Positions 38,158-51,443 of a stretch of 64,000 bases of DNA are shown here, in pieces. Below the pieces are notes generated by a model, which worked only from the letters and a program-made list of their open reading frames with translations, was not told where the DNA came from and did not search any database. The translations under genes were made by a program, and so were the position numbers. Source of the DNA: Octopus vulgaris. Its lineage: Eukaryota. Positions within the stretch are counted from its first letter, which is position 1. Each line of letters starts with the position of its first letter. The DNA lies in NCBI GenBank assembly GCA_951406725.2, contig OX597821.1, forward strand, positions 43,958,001 through 44,022,000, written 5' to 3'.

Positions 38158-38550
38158 TGGCATAGAAATAGCTGTATGGTTCAGAAGTTTACTTCCCAAC
38201 CATAGGATTTAGGGTTCGGCCCTACTGTGTGTCACTTTGGGCAAGTGTCTTCATGAGGGTGACCAAATCTTTGTGAATGGCTTTCGTTGTTGGAAACTGA
38301 AAGTAGACCATTGTGTATACATATATATCTTGGCATCACGTGATTGTTGTAAATGAATGTCATTCATTTCTCATATACTGCAAAAACATGTCTGGCCTGT
38401 TCATCTTGCTTGGAAAGGCATCCAGTTGTAGGAAATCTGCTCCAATAAATTCTTTCCAACCCATACAAGCATGGAAAAATGTATGTTAAAGCAATGATTA
38501 TGTTGATAATTATGATGATTATGATGATGATAATGATGAAGATGATGTCT
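38158..38550 (+). mobile_element. Degenerate SINE B head joined to an RTE-like 3' tail ending in (GAT)n
   Basis: agggttcggccctactgtgtgtcactttgggcaagtgtctt...ggcatccagttgta...ccaacccatacaagcatggaaaa...(gat)n. Confidence 0.6.
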
Positions 38551-39080
38551 GAACAAAAATCTTTTTTAATAAAGACTGGCAGTTTTCCTCTCTCCTGCCC
38601 CCAATGTTAACCCAAGGAAAAGGCCACAAGCTTGAGCAGTTTCAGCTTGGCATCGATGTTATCACAGGTGTTGGGGTCCGAACACAAAGAAGTGAAACAG
38701 ATGATACAAGGTATCTTGCCCAACCCTTCATCAGAACCATTTATCCACTATCTTGGATTGGTATCAGTTTCAAATCCTGGTTTAGATGTGAAGAGAAAAT
38801 AAGCAAATATATTATGAGGAATTTATAGAAAAAGGAGATTCCTTGTTATTCATCATTGTTTAACATCCAATTTTCCATGCTTTCATAGCTTGGTTGGATT
38901 TTATTGAAGCAAATTTTTGTTATAGATGAATGCCTTTCCTGTTCATCTCGTTTCCAAGGAAGGCAATATTTTCTTATGGCCAGGGATGTTTTCTCAGAAT
39001 ATTGGAAATGAATGACACTGCTTGTATGACAGTACAACTCATTTGCAACAACCACAAGTCAAAACAAGAAGACACAAATA

Positions 39081-39295
39081 TACGAGGTGCTGAAAGGTTC
39101 CTTGCTTTAATGGTATTGCAAAAGGCCTGGTTGGAGGCTGAACATTTCGAGTTCTTTTACAGGGCTTAGAGAAACTGAGGGAATGCTGCAATAAGTGTAT
39201 GAATCTGAGAGAGGAATATGTTGAATAAAATCATAATTAACTGATCATCTTGTATTTTCTTTTACTCAAAACCTGGAACTTTTCAACACCTCACC
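39081..39295 (+). mobile_element. Mariner-derived MITE
   Basis: TIR-like tacgaggtgctgaaaggttcc / ggaacttttcaacacctc; internal remnant LEKLRECCNKCMNLREEYVE resembles a mariner C-terminus. Confidence 0.7.
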
Positions 39296-39338
39296 ATACA
39301 CCTTCATGAACACATGCATATATACATATAAATGGTCA

Positions 39339-39400
<62 letters not shown>

Positions 39401-39881
39401 TATACCATATATATATTTTTTTACACTTTTTACACATGTTTCTGTATTTTGTCTTTAGCCTGTTTTTCATGTGCATGTGCGTATATAGATATGTGCTTGA
39501 ACCTTTTTTGTGTGTGCATGCGAGCATGTATGCGGTATGTATATATATTTTTTTGGTGAATGTGTGTATTTCAAGTGAGGGTGGATGAGTATATACTTAT
39601 AGGCGCATGTACGTGGGTGTGCGGCCGCATATGTGTAGGTATGGACATGCACGCTTGCGCGAATACTATGAGCATTTCCATTCCCTTACTTTTACTCCCT
39701 CTCCTCACTTAGCAGTCATTCTAATAGCGCCTTTGCTTTAATAACGGTTAATCACACAGTAATTTCCCTTTATTTAATGGTCCTTTTTTCGATGGTCGGA
39801 AAACTGAAGAGATAGCGGCGTGAGTTTCCGCCCCGACATCCGAAACTCGGTGTTTTATCATGGCTAGCGAATAAATATCAC

Positions 39882-39926
<45 letters not shown>

Positions 39927-41022
39927 TATAGTGAAACTATATGCCCCTCATGGTAAAAAGGGGTAGAAACAACCATTATAAATAGACCAGTAGCCAGTCG
40001 TCAAGAAAGGGTCAAGAGTTGAAAGTCGACAGTTCTTGTCAGTGTCTTGCTGAGTTATCAACGATAGTAAGTCAGAAGAAGTAAGTGTATTACTATTCTG
40101 GTATGAAGAGATACAACGGTATCCAATGACTAGTAACTGTTGTGGATACTAGTGTAAAACAGTAACCACAGTACAAAGGTAGTCACACATCACACCAGTC
40201 GGAGGAATCCAGTTTATGACAGTGGCGACGAGGAAAAACAAATTTAGGCGGAGTGAAAAAAAAAACATTCACACAGAGAGTTTAAACTAATGTGGAAAAT
40301 TCAATAACTCGACAAAAATCTTGTCGGGCAAGCTCAAGGAACAAGAGCTCACTGTTTAATACTAGATGGAAATGTTTAAACATAAAAAAGAGCGAAGATG
40401 AAGACTGCACTACTAACACAGGCAGAGTCAACAAAGAATGGAGGAGATTTAGGCTGGATATGCTTACTCCAGATTCTTTTTAAGTGTTTGATTTTAGTAC
40501 AAGTATTGACACAAGGTATGCAGAAATCTGAGCAAAAATTCTAGAAAAACTGGAAATGAACTAGAGTTTGACGTTGCAGAAACTGTTGTAAGAGTGTGAT
40601 ATGATATTAATATTAAGGCATGACACGTACGAAATTCAATGGAAAGAGTGTTTTCACATAGGACCAGTCAAAAAAAGTCGGAAGACAAAGTGTTGCAGGA
40701 AAAACAGAAAAAATATCGGGATGTAGACCCATGTATGGCATGTGGTGGGATGCACCTGAAAAAAGATCGTTCGTATAAAAAAGCATGGTGTTTTCGCTGA
40801 GGGTTTACAGGACATAAAATCGCACTGCAAAACTAGAATGATAGGAAAATGGAACAAACAAGCTTGTCAATAGGAAAAGTTGTGACTACAACAAACAGAA
40901 AATTCGTGAGTGTGAGAATTGAAATTACTAGTGTCAGAATGAAACCAATAGTGTCAGACAAGGGAAGGGACATCACAATCATAAATGAAAAAACATGGGA
41001 ACAAATGGGTAAACCAAAATTA

Positions 41023-42269
41023 GGATCTTTTCCTTTGATCGGCAGGTCGATTTATTACTATTTTTTTTTAACTGAACACTTTCAAACTTCAAATACTGGT
41101 AGAATTTGTCATATAAAATATCTTTTACTCATAGCGTTGTTGAGAAAAGTTGGATCTTTTCCTTTTGAACGGCACATGTCGACACAATTTCTAGTTAACT
41201 AAACACTTTAAAACTTCGTATACTGGTAGAATGTGTCAAAATAAAACAAACAAAATAATTCTATAATTTTATACACACGCTTTCCGTATGTAAACATAAC
41301 AGTGACAGGATGTTGTCTCAGTTTTAGACGCAGCAAAGGATTTTAGCTCAATAGAGGCAATTGATTGGTTAAAATTCGAAAAATCAAACTACGTTAAACT
41401 TACAAATTACAATTTTCTCAAGAAAGCCAAGAGAAAAAAAATGTTTTACTTTGACACATTCTACCAGTATACGAAGTTTAAAAGTGTTTAGTTAACTAGA
41501 AATTGTGTTGAAAACTGCTGTTCAAAAGGAAAAGATCACATTTTTTTCTCTTGGCTTTCTTGAGAAAATTGTAATTTGTTTGTTTAACGTAGTTTAATTT
41601 TTCGAATTTTAACCAATGAATCGCCTCTAGTGAGCTAAAATCATTTGCTGCGTCTAAAACTGAGACAACATCCTGTCACTAAACCTAACCCTCACCCTCA
41701 CCAGGGTTAGGGTTAAAATTCGAAAAATTAAACTACGTTAAACAAACAAATTACAATTTTCTCAAGAAAGCCAAGAGAAAAAAATTTTTTTATTTTGACA
41801 CATTCTACCAGTATACGGAGTTTTAAAGTGTTTAGTTAACTAGAAATTGTGTTGACATGTGCCGTTCAAAAGGAAAAAATCCGAAAAGTTTGTATTTTCG
41901 AAGTTATTTCGTGTTAAAGTTGTTGTATTTATGTAATTTCAACCAATCAATGACGTCTATTGAGCTGAATAAAGTTACTGCTGTTGTTTGTCGTTTGTCA
42001 CTGTTATTTATGACATATTTCATCTCAGTTATGTTTGTATGAATAAACGAGTGTATCTGAAGTATGTTTACTTTATGACACCACCATAATTGTTCGTGCA
42101 TTTCTATTGCTTTTAGGGTTTTTTCCTGTTTTTCAGCTACTATTTTCGGAAAGACTTGCTCCTGTCCCCCACCCATTTTCTTGCAAGCTATTGTTTTTCT
42201 TAAAATTTTTTTTCCAAAAACCCAGCTTTTCGGATATAGAGATTCCGGAAAATTGAAATTTTTTGATCC
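41023..42269. mobile_element. Non-autonomous DNA element (GGATC...GATCC termini, 8-bp TSD) inserted in the Gypsy protease region
   Basis: TSD caaaatta (41015-41022) / taaaatta (42270-42277). Removing the insert restores the frame GKPKL-CSLNKIAYGVMGRKLYFTGECV. Confidence 0.8.
41152..41882. mobile_element. Related foldback/MITE element nested in the previous one (~100-bp TIRs, 8-bp TSD)
   Basis: TIR ggatcttttccttttgaacggcacatgtc... / ...gacatgtgccgttcaaaaggaaaaaatcc; perfect TSD gaaaagtt (41144-41151 and 41883-41890); internal inverted repeat 41301-41445 / 41538-41680. Confidence 0.85.
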
Positions 42270-43644
42270 TAAAATTATGTAGTCTAAACAAAATAGCATA
42301 TGGTGTTATGGGAAGAAAATTATATTTCACGGGCGAATGCGTTTCTAATATAATGTTCAAAGATCGAACCAAAAAAGTGAAGGTTTATGTTTTGAAAAAA
42401 ATCCAAGAATTTATTTGGCACCGAATATATGGAGAAATTTAATTTATGGGATACATTCATAAGCGTTTTGTACAATAAAGTAAATGGAGCAGTCAAACGA
42501 TCGAACGAGGTTGGTGAACTGAGACAGAAAATAAAAGAAACTTTCCCCAAAGTTTTTTTTGGGGGGGGGGGGGGGGCGGGGAGAGATTTAGGCTGTTGCA
42601 CAAAAACAAAAGCAAGAATTGCTATCGAAGAAAATTCAACACCTATTTTCAGGTCCTAATGGAACATGCCGTTTGCAACGGTAGACCAGGTCAATAAAAA
42701 ACTAGAAAGGTTGGAAAGCCTGAGTATAATTCAAAAGATTGACCATGCAGACTGGGCAGCACCGGCGGGCTACGTTAATCTCAACCAGATTAAACGACTG
42801 TTTCCTCACACACAATTACCCACTACCAAGCTCAGAAGTATTTGTTAAACTAAACAGAGGGAAAATTTTCTCGAAGTTAGACCTCTCAGAGGCGTACCTT
42901 CAAATTCAGTCAGAGGGAGATTGCACACATCTACTAGCAACCAACACGCACCGCAGATTGTACAAGTTCAAACGACTGCTGTTTGGAGTAAAAGTGGTAC
43001 ATGCCATATTCCAATAAATAATGGATGCGATGTTAAGTGATTGCGATTTCGTCATCGATGACATTTTAATAAAGAGCTAGTCTCCAGTGCAACATGTCAA
43101 AGACATAAATTATTCGAGAAGAAAAACACAAATTTTTGATGGAAAAAATAAGATCCCTAGCTCAAGTAATCCATGAAAGTGGACGCGGACCAGACCCATC
43201 AAGGGTGACGACAATACGAAATATGCCACCCCCGACAAACGTGACAATGCTACAAGCGATCCTAGGCTTGGTAAATTATTACCAAGTGTATATACCAAAT
43301 ATACATAAGGTATAGGCACCAATTAATGAATTACTAAAACAAATGTCAAATGGGTTTGGACAGAGAAATGCCAGAAAACATTCAATAAATTAAAAGACGT
43401 GTTAACTTCAGACTTGTATCTTACACATTTCGACCCAAAGTTAGAGATAATACTAGCTACAGATGCTAGCGACTGTTGGATAGGCGCCGTGCTCCTACAC
43501 TAATAACTATTGTGGCTACTAGTGTAAAACAGCAACTACAGTACAACAGCAGTCACACATCACATCAAAGGGAGGAACCCACTTCACAACAATATATATA
43601 ATACACACACATGCACGCATGTATATACACATACACACGATGTA

Positions 43645-43776
43645 ACTCTTTTAGTTTTCATCTACCAAATCCACTCCTAAAGCTTTGGTTGGCCCAGGGT
43701 TATAGTAGAAGACAATTTAACTGAATCCTAAACCATATGGATGAGAAGAAAACCATCTAACCGCACATCCATGCCA
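43645..43776 (-). mobile_element. Degenerate SINE family B fragment
   Basis: tctaccaaatccactcctaaagctttggttggcccagggttatagtagaagac matches family B in reverse orientation. Confidence 0.65.
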
Positions 43777-44269
43777 ATGAAAGAATATGAGTTTTAGGAA
43801 TTTTAATTCTTTTAGTTGTTTTATGCCAGATATTTGAGACTGGCTGAAAAGGAAAGTTAAATACTAAGAAAATAGAGTTTGTCATTTGAGGTGATACTGG
43901 TTTCTATCAATAACATATAGATTGTGATAGCTGCTGTGGCTGTGATGACTTGTGGCTGAAAGTTGATGGCTTCCTGATAAAAAGGATGTCTCGTTACTGC
44001 AGGGGAAACCTTCAGCAGCTCACAATTATAATGCAACTAGCTGTAAAAGCCAGTCGATAGAAAAGCATTAAAGGCATGATAATCTGTCAAAAGGATGTGG
44101 AACTCACGATAGCTTAGGGCAGTAAAGCTGTACTTCCTGTGATACAAGTTATCTGTAAGAGATGTGCAGATCATGATAACTGTTAAAGTTAAAATAGTTT
44201 GTGGCAGTAATCTTGTTACATCAGAGAAAAATGGTTTGAGGTTTGGTAACTCTGTTTTCATTATTATTC

Positions 44270-44306
<37 letters not shown>

Positions 44307-44454
44307 GGGGGGATCATTGGTGAAAGTTGTCACAAATACTACCAGTGTAAGAAACATTGAAACAAGACTCTGAAAAGCCAACCAAGCTCTTTAGTTTAAA
44401 TTAGCATAATTTATGCATGATAAAGGACAGAAAGCTAGCAAAAATCATCAGAGC

Positions 44455-44630
44455 ACCAGAAAAAGTACTTTGTGATATTGTTCTGACTCTTTGCATCATG
44501 AGTTCAAATCCTGCTGGTGTCAACATTTCTTTTCATCCTTTCAAGGTTCATAAAATAATATACAAGTCAATTACTAGGATCAATGATATTGATTGACTCC
44601 CTGCTGACCATATTTCAGCCTTGTGTATGT
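44455..44630 (+). mobile_element. Degenerate SINE family A
   Basis: tgagttcaaatcctgctggtgtcaacatttcttttcatcctttcaaggttcataaaata resembles the family A core. Confidence 0.55.
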
Positions 44631-45384
44631 ATTCGATTATGCCTGGCATAATCCATTACCATTAGGTCTTGTCTAATATTGAATAACGACAAATTCCATT
44701 GCATTAGTAAAATGGAATTTGTTGGTTTGATACAAAACATGGCACTCTGGTGGCAGACAGTTCTCCAAGAAATTTTATCACCACACATACATACACATGT
44801 GTGTGTGTGTATCTTTGTGTGTGCCTGTGCATACATGATGTATTTAAAGATAATGGGCTGCTGGCAATGTTATAGAAATAATGAAAAAAGATCTATACTG
44901 GATCGGAACAACAACAATAATAACAAACGAAAGTAAACCAATTAAACATGCAACACTGAAAATAAAAGTGATTGATTGTGGCTTATTGATCGTTCGATCC
45001 ATGATTTCTATATCATGACAAAAGAAATTCCGTTTGGATGAATGGATATGTATTGGAAGTGATTTCAATACAATATAGAATACAGCAGTATATGGAAGAG
45101 TTAAGACTAGTTGAACCAGACAACCAGAGAGTCTCTGTGTAGTTATTTCGTCTGCTAGAAATAACAGCCAAATCTACTGCATTTTTTCCATAAGCAAAGA
45201 CATTAATTCAGTATAGAACAGCTATAACTGGCAATCAGGAGCAAGTAAGAGTTAGCAAATGTATCATGGTTTTGCTAATTGTTTTAGGTGTCTATGTAGT
45301 CCCAAGCAGGCATAGATACTGTCTTGACATTCACCCTTACACTGGACCTGGTGGAATATCAGCAGAGAGAGAAAGATGCACCTG

Positions 45385-45540
45385 TACCTGGTTGGTACTC
45401 ATTTACAGCTGAGTAGACTGAAGCAATGTGAAATGAAGTGTTTTGTTCAAGGATATGCTACCTGACCTGGACCAAGGATTGAACCTACAGCTCATGGTCA
45501 GGAGCAAGACTCCCTAACAATTAGACCGTGTGCTTTCACA
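45385..45540 (-). mobile_element. Degenerate tRNA-derived SINE family D
   Basis: ctcatttacagctgagtagactgaagcaatgtgaaatgaagtg...gattgaacctacagctcatggtca resembles the 63510-63846 copy. Confidence 0.6.
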
Positions 45541-45662
45541 AAAGAATATTAATTATGTTATTTACACAGGTTCACAAACATACACACACATACATACTTT
45601 AAAAATGTATACATACATACACACAACACACTAAATGCACACACTAGCACATAAACATATGG

Positions 45663-46042
45663 AAGCACTCCGTCGGTTATGACGACGAGGGTTCCGGTTG
45701 ATCCGAATCAACGAAACAGCCTGCTCGTGAAATTAACGTGTAAGTGGCTGAGCACTCCACAGACACGTGTACCTTTAACGTAGTTCTCGGGGATATTCAG
45801 CGTGACACAGAGAGTGACAAGGCCGGCCCTTTGAAATACAGGTACAACAGAAACAGGAAGTAAGAGTGAGAGAAAGTTGTGGTGAAAGAGTACAGCAGGG
45901 ATCACCACCATCCCCTGCCGGAGCCTTGTGGAGCTTTAGGTGTTTTCGCTCAATAAACACTCACAACGCCCGGTCTGGGAATCGAAACCGCGATCCTATG
46001 ACCGCGAGTCCGCTGCCCTAACCACTGGGCCATTGCGCCTCC
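45663..46042 (-). mobile_element. tRNA-derived SINE family C (young copy)
   Basis: Minus strand ggaggcgcaatggcccagtggttagggcagcggactcgcggtcataggatcgcggtttcgattccc (boxes A/B); near-identical to 59284-59649. Confidence 0.9.
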
Positions 46043-46192
46043 CCTACATAAACATATACAAGAGTATTGAACATACACACACATGCACAAAGACAGTAAA
46101 CATGCATGCACACACACATATACACATACTTAGAGTAAAATAAGTGGATAGTCATGGCTAGCATACCTTTGTCATAGACTTGCTAGATAACC

Positions 46193-46970
46193 AACAAGGG
46201 TGAGCTGAAAGGTTCGTAGGCTGACTATGAAGGAGTGATGCTAGAGATGTAAAGACTTGCATGCATTAATTTCAATTGACATCTGACTGTTCAAAGAACA
46301 CTTTCTTCAAAAGTGACAGGTAGTGGGTTCTCTTGAAAAAGGAGAAAATTTGTAATGGTGATGTTATCAAATACATTTAACCCCTAATGACATTCATGGT
46401 GTCATGGTTGCTACATTTGGGGATTTGAACCAGAGACAAAGAGTCAATCTATGCAGTACAAATACCTCTCCTCACCTGCTCCAAAGAAGGTTGTTTCATC
46501 TGTAGATAAGGTGATGGACTCAGTGTTGTGTTTATTGACTATCTTCCAAAGGACCACACCATCAATGGTAAGTACTTTGTCTACCTGCTGAAGCAGTTAC
46601 AAAAGACTATCAAGACCAAATGCCTAGGGAAACTGTCAAAAGGAGACATGTTTCATCAGGAAAATGCTCCAGCACACAAGTCCTTTATTTCAGTGGTTAC
46701 TGTGCAATGACCGTGGCTTTGATCTGGTTGATCACCCTCTTTATTCTCTTGTTTTGGCTAGGAATCAGTATTGCAGTGATGATGATGTCATATCTGTTGT
46801 TGATGACATTTTTGATCAGCAGGGTGAACGCTTATACACTGATGGCATCCAAGCACTGCAACACAGATGGAAGAAATGCATGGACTGCAAGGAGGACTAT
46901 GTTGGGAAATAAACCTCATTTGGTCATGCTCTATGAGAGTATCATATGAACTTTTCAGCTGACCCTTGTA
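46193..46970 (+). mobile_element. Internally deleted mariner transposon
   Basis: TIRs acaagggtgagctgaaaggttcgta / atgaacttttcagctgacccttgta; IDYLPKDHTINGKYF...FHQENAPAHKS and DGIQALQHRWKKCMDCKEDYVGK. Confidence 0.85.
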
Positions 46971-47336
46971 CTTAGAGCTAAACCATACCCATGGTAATTT
47001 GGTGGTGCCAATGATGCTGTTTATCTGTAAGATCAACATATGACCCCACCATACAAAGGAAATCTTAATGTTCCCATAATATAAAACCTGGTTGTATTTT
47101 GGCAGAGTAACAACTTTTGTATGTGTGCGAGTGTGTGCTGTCATGTGTGTGCATTGGTGTGTATATGTTTATGTGCGTGAGTGCATGTATGGTTGTGTTT
47201 ATGTACGGTAGTGGTGGCGGTGGTGGCATGCATGATTTTGCTTTTGCTTTGTTGTGAATATGTTTGCATATGTATATATGTGTGTGTGTATGTGTGCATG
47301 TGTAAGTATGTATGAAGGTGTGCTTAAAAATGTCTG

Positions 47337-47367
<31 letters not shown>

Positions 47368-47649
47368 GGTAGAAACAATTGATATGGAAGATAGCGTATA
47401 CTGGAAACTTTATTCATTGTTGTGATAAATAAAGTTTCCAATATACTCTATCTTCCGTATCAATTGTTTCTACTATACACAACATGCACTGAGGAATTCC
47501 TAATGTAGATCCAGCAACGATTGTGCAATTACTGTGGATTACACCAGGTAGCCATAAGCAGTGAATGTGCTTTGCTGGCATACTACTAGAGACATACCCA
47601 AAATGCAGTTTAAATTTTAAATTTAAATCTCAACTTTAACTTGCATACA

Positions 47650-48514
47650 ATGTGCAGTGAATAAATTGTCATCTATATTTTGCAAAAATGAAAATAACAC
47701 TGACATCTCATTTTAACATATATTTACCAACATTACAGAAAAATATCTTGAAATACTAAAGAGGAAATTTATTCAATAAAATCACTATTGGCTTCAACCA
47801 TGGCCTCCAGACAACTTTAGAATCTCCTGTAACACTTCTGGACAGACTCCTTGTTTAAGCTGGTCAATGCTGCCATAATCCTTGCCTTCAGTTCATCTTT
47901 GGTGTTACAAGGAGTTTTGTTGGTCTCTCACTCAAATGCACCTCAGACATTATAATCAAGGAGATTGCAGTCTGGGGAGTTAGGTGGCCTGATGTTAGGG
48001 GGGATGAGTTGCAGAAATTGTCTGACAGCTATGACTGGGTTCTGCTTGTGTGGCAAGGTGCAGAGTCCTGTCGCCAGACATAGGGTCTTTCAGCAGCCAC
48101 CCCTTTTGACCCAGGGCAGCACTACCTCCTCCAGGCATTTGATGTAGGCCTCTGTGTTGAGTCTGAGGCTGTGTGGGAAGATGAATGGAGGCATACCATC
48201 GCCATCAGTAGTGATCACTCCGAACACCATGATGTTGACTGGATGTTTGATTTTTATCACTCTCGGTACATGTCTTCAGGTTGCACTGTCCTCAGATTGA
48301 CACCCAAACACTCTGAAATGTTCGTATTGGAGCTTCTGGCATGAATGCTAAGCAGTACAGCATGTCGTTTCCAAATTTCTGGCAGAGTAAATTGCATCAT
48401 GGTGTTGTTTTTCTCACAAACGGTGCCCAACTGATCCTACTATACTAAATCAAACAATTTACATAGAAAAAATAATAATTATAAAATGGTGACAATTTAC
48501 CCATATCACCCTCT
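47650..48514 (-). mobile_element. Decayed Tc1/mariner-superfamily (maT-like) transposon
   Basis: Imperfect TIRs (taaattgtca / tgacaattta). Minus strand NIMVFGVITTDGDGMPPFIFPH and PPNSPDCNLLDY...TKDELKARIMAA...CLEAMVEANSDFIE*. Confidence 0.8.
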
Positions 48515-48708
48515 ATGTGTGTGTATATATATGTATGTATGTATGTTTGTGTGTGAATATCTGTATGTATATTTATATGTATGAATATATAACGTTCCAA
48601 ATAAAAATGGTTTCCCAATACACTTCAACACAGTTGCTGATTCCAAAGGGGTCAGGTTCATCTGACCCTTGACTGTGGTAGAATGCACCTGTGCTATGTT
48701 CTCATAGC

Positions 48709-49141
48709 TTTAATCCTTTAGCATTTAAACTGGCTATATCTGGCCCAAATATTCAATCTGGTTTTATGTTGAAACTGGGCCAGATCCAGCCTCTCACACA
48801 TACTCTACAATGTCATTCTAAAAACAAAGAATCAAATCATCAAAATCTTGAAGCTACAAGTTAATGCAGGATTAATTGAAAGCGATATGAATGAACAAGC
48901 TTTACATTTGACCCTTTTGATACCAACCTGCTTAAGACTGTTCTAGTTCTGTGGTACTACCATCCTTCTAAATGCATACTAAATACTTTACAGTAAAATT
49001 TTACAATAAGTTATATTCTAAATACCATCTTAATCATGACTAAGTTATTTTGATAAATTCTTTGTTAATTTCAAAATTAATTGAAACAAAAAAAAAAAAG
49101 AAAACCAGTTTATTTTATCAGAAATAGTAACAAAAGGTTTA
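48709..49141. mobile_element. piggyBac-like MITE(s), homologous to 33300 and joined to a second similar element
   Basis: ttaatcctttagcatttaaactggc...cccaaatatt...gttttatgtt matches 33300; then ttgacccttttgatacc...aacaaaaggttta. Confidence 0.6.
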
Positions 49142-49819
49142 CCTGTTACAGTAAGATTGTTCACAAACAGAGATAACTTTAGATTCATAGTAAAAGTCAA
49201 GTGTGATGAGTGAGATATGAAACAGCTGCATAGTAATACGAAGAAATAATAATTTGAGTGTCAGTGATGACTTAACACAGTGGTGCAGTGAGGTTTACTA
49301 CAACCTAGTGATATTTGCTATATTAGTATGACCCTCAAATTAATGTTGTCAGATTGTGTTCTGAATCAAGACCACATGAAGATATGCAAATATTCTATAA
49401 AAGAAGAACAAGATTTTATTCTGCAAAGGGAAGCATTGTACTCAAAAGTACATATTGATAAATTGCTTCGTAGGTCTTAAAAGAACAAAGATATGGTTGA
49501 TAGAATGATTAAAATATTACTTGCTAGCTTATGAAAATTTATGATGGTTCTGTGAAGGCAAACAGTGCACAATGAAGCAAGAGTCAGATAAAACGTTTTC
49601 GGTAATACTATCCTAGAGATAAGCAATTCCAAAGATATCACTTCAGAATAGCAAAAGTGGCTTCTTAGATGGAAAATACTATAGTTCCCTTCAGCATACA
49701 ATGTTGACATGCTATATATTTCGATAGGAGAATTCTTGTACGTGTCATCAAACTAAAGATACCAGCTTTAAAGAGCAACGAGAAAGCCATAAGCGCAGCA
49801 GATAACAGAGATCAGTAAA

Positions 49820-49887
49820 TACAAGATGTATGTGTATGTATGATTGAACATATGTATATATGTATGTATGTATGCCTGTGTAGCGGT

Positions 49888-49939
<52 letters not shown>

Positions 49940-50290
49940 TATGTATTTATATATATATATATGTAGGTATATATGTATTCATGTATGTATATATATATGT
50001 GTGTGAATATGTGTATGTGTGTGTGTGTACTTTTGTATGTAAGTGTGCATGAATGTGTGCATGTATGAATGCAAGCATATATATGTATGTATGTATGCAT
50101 AAATGTATGCATGTATGTATGTGTATGTATACATATGTCTATGTATGTCTGTATACACAATTCTATGTATGAATGCTTGTGTATGTATACACACACACAC
50201 ATCTATACACAAACACACAAACACATCTATACACAAACACACAGACACACGCATACAAACACACATCACATGCACACTCATAACACACAG
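49820..50290. repeat. (TA)n/(TATG)n/(CA)n microsatellite field
   Basis: Read directly. Confidence 0.9.
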
Positions 50291-50579
50291 AGCCTGCTGG
50301 TCAAACATTACTTACTGTAGTATAAGTGGCTGTTTTATAGCTATCCTCTACCCTACACCACAAAAAGTATACAACAGCTCACAAGAAATTTCCATTCTAG
50401 ATATGTTCAGAAAAACTAACAATATCATACACCATGTGGTTACAGAGGGTGAATAACCCTTAGTTTGACAAGTGGCAATGTGAAAAATCTATCTAATGAA
50501 ATATGATCTTGGGGTCAGAGGTTACAGAAAGTGGGATTGTTATTTAAAGCCAATATATGCGTTAAAATGATTCACTGGA

Positions 50580-50678
50580 TGATATATATACATACACACA
50601 CATACGTGTGTGTGTGTTTGCTTGTATGTATGTGTGTGTGTGTGTGTGTGTATATATATGTATGTGTGTGTATATATG

Positions 50679-50710
<32 letters not shown>

Positions 50711-50716
50711 TGTATG

Positions 50717-50764
<48 letters not shown>

Positions 50765-50771
50765 TAGATAT

Positions 50772-50829
<58 letters not shown>

Positions 50830-50870
50830 TAGATTGATAGATAAGATAGATAGATATAGATATATAGATA
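50580..50870. repeat. Compound (TG)n-(TATG)n-(TA)n-(GATA)n microsatellite
   Basis: Read directly. Confidence 0.9.
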
Positions 50871-51107
50871 TGAGAAATACTTCATGGCTGGAGATTTTAT
50901 AAAATCTCTATCCATGAAGTATTTCTAGTAATTAATATATTCATTCCCTACTGCACGGGGTACCACATACATAATAATCTCATACACTTAACTCAGCATG
51001 TTGGGAGTAATATATGGTAACTAGCAACAAGTAGCATAGGCATTTTTATGAGCACACTGGTAGACAACTACCATTTACAAAATACAAAGTTATATGTGTG
51101 TGTGTAT

Positions 51108-51146
<39 letters not shown>

Positions 51147-51147
<1 letters not shown>

Positions 51148-51443
51148 CATTATCATCATCATCATTGTTTAACGTCTGCTTTCCATGCTAGCATGGGTTG
51201 GACAATTTGACTGAGGACTGGCGAACCAGATGGCTACACCAGGCTCCAATCTGATCTGCAGAGTTTCTACAGCTGGATGCCCTTCCTAACGCCAACCACT
51301 CCGAGAGTGTAGTGGGTGCTTTTACGTGCCACTGGCACGAGGGCCAATCAGGTGGTACTGGCAACAGCTATGCTCAAGTGGTGTTTTTTTACATGCCACC
51401 AGCACAGGAGCTAGTCCAGCGGCACTGACAATGACCTCGCTCA
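51147..51443 (-). mobile_element. Short RTE-LINE 3' UTR fragment with (GAT)n tail
   Basis: catcatcat...tttaacgtctgctttccatgctagcatgggttggac...ctacagctggatgcccttcctaacgccaaccac matches 51889-52180. Confidence 0.85.

Larger units (their letters stand above)
39924..43591 (+). mobile_element. Decayed Gypsy/Ty3 LTR retrotransposon (5' LTR, PBS, gag-pro-RT-RNaseH, partial 3' LTR; integrase absent)
   Basis: LTR TG...CA ~39924-40221 followed by PBS TGGCGACGAG (40223-40232). Protease-like ITIINEKTWEQMGKPKL; RT FSKLDLSEAYLQ...NTHRRLYKFKRLLFGV...IDDILI; RNase H LATDASDCWIGAVL. 43501-43591 repeats the last ~90 bp of the LTR. Confidence 0.88.

Noticed and set aside
38590-38800. Minus-strand exon after an acceptor-like tract
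   Set aside because: All three frames hit stops shortly after the AG.
45975-46042. tRNA gene
   Set aside because: It is the tRNA-like head of a SINE: no acceptor-stem closure, and it continues into a repeat body also present at 59284.
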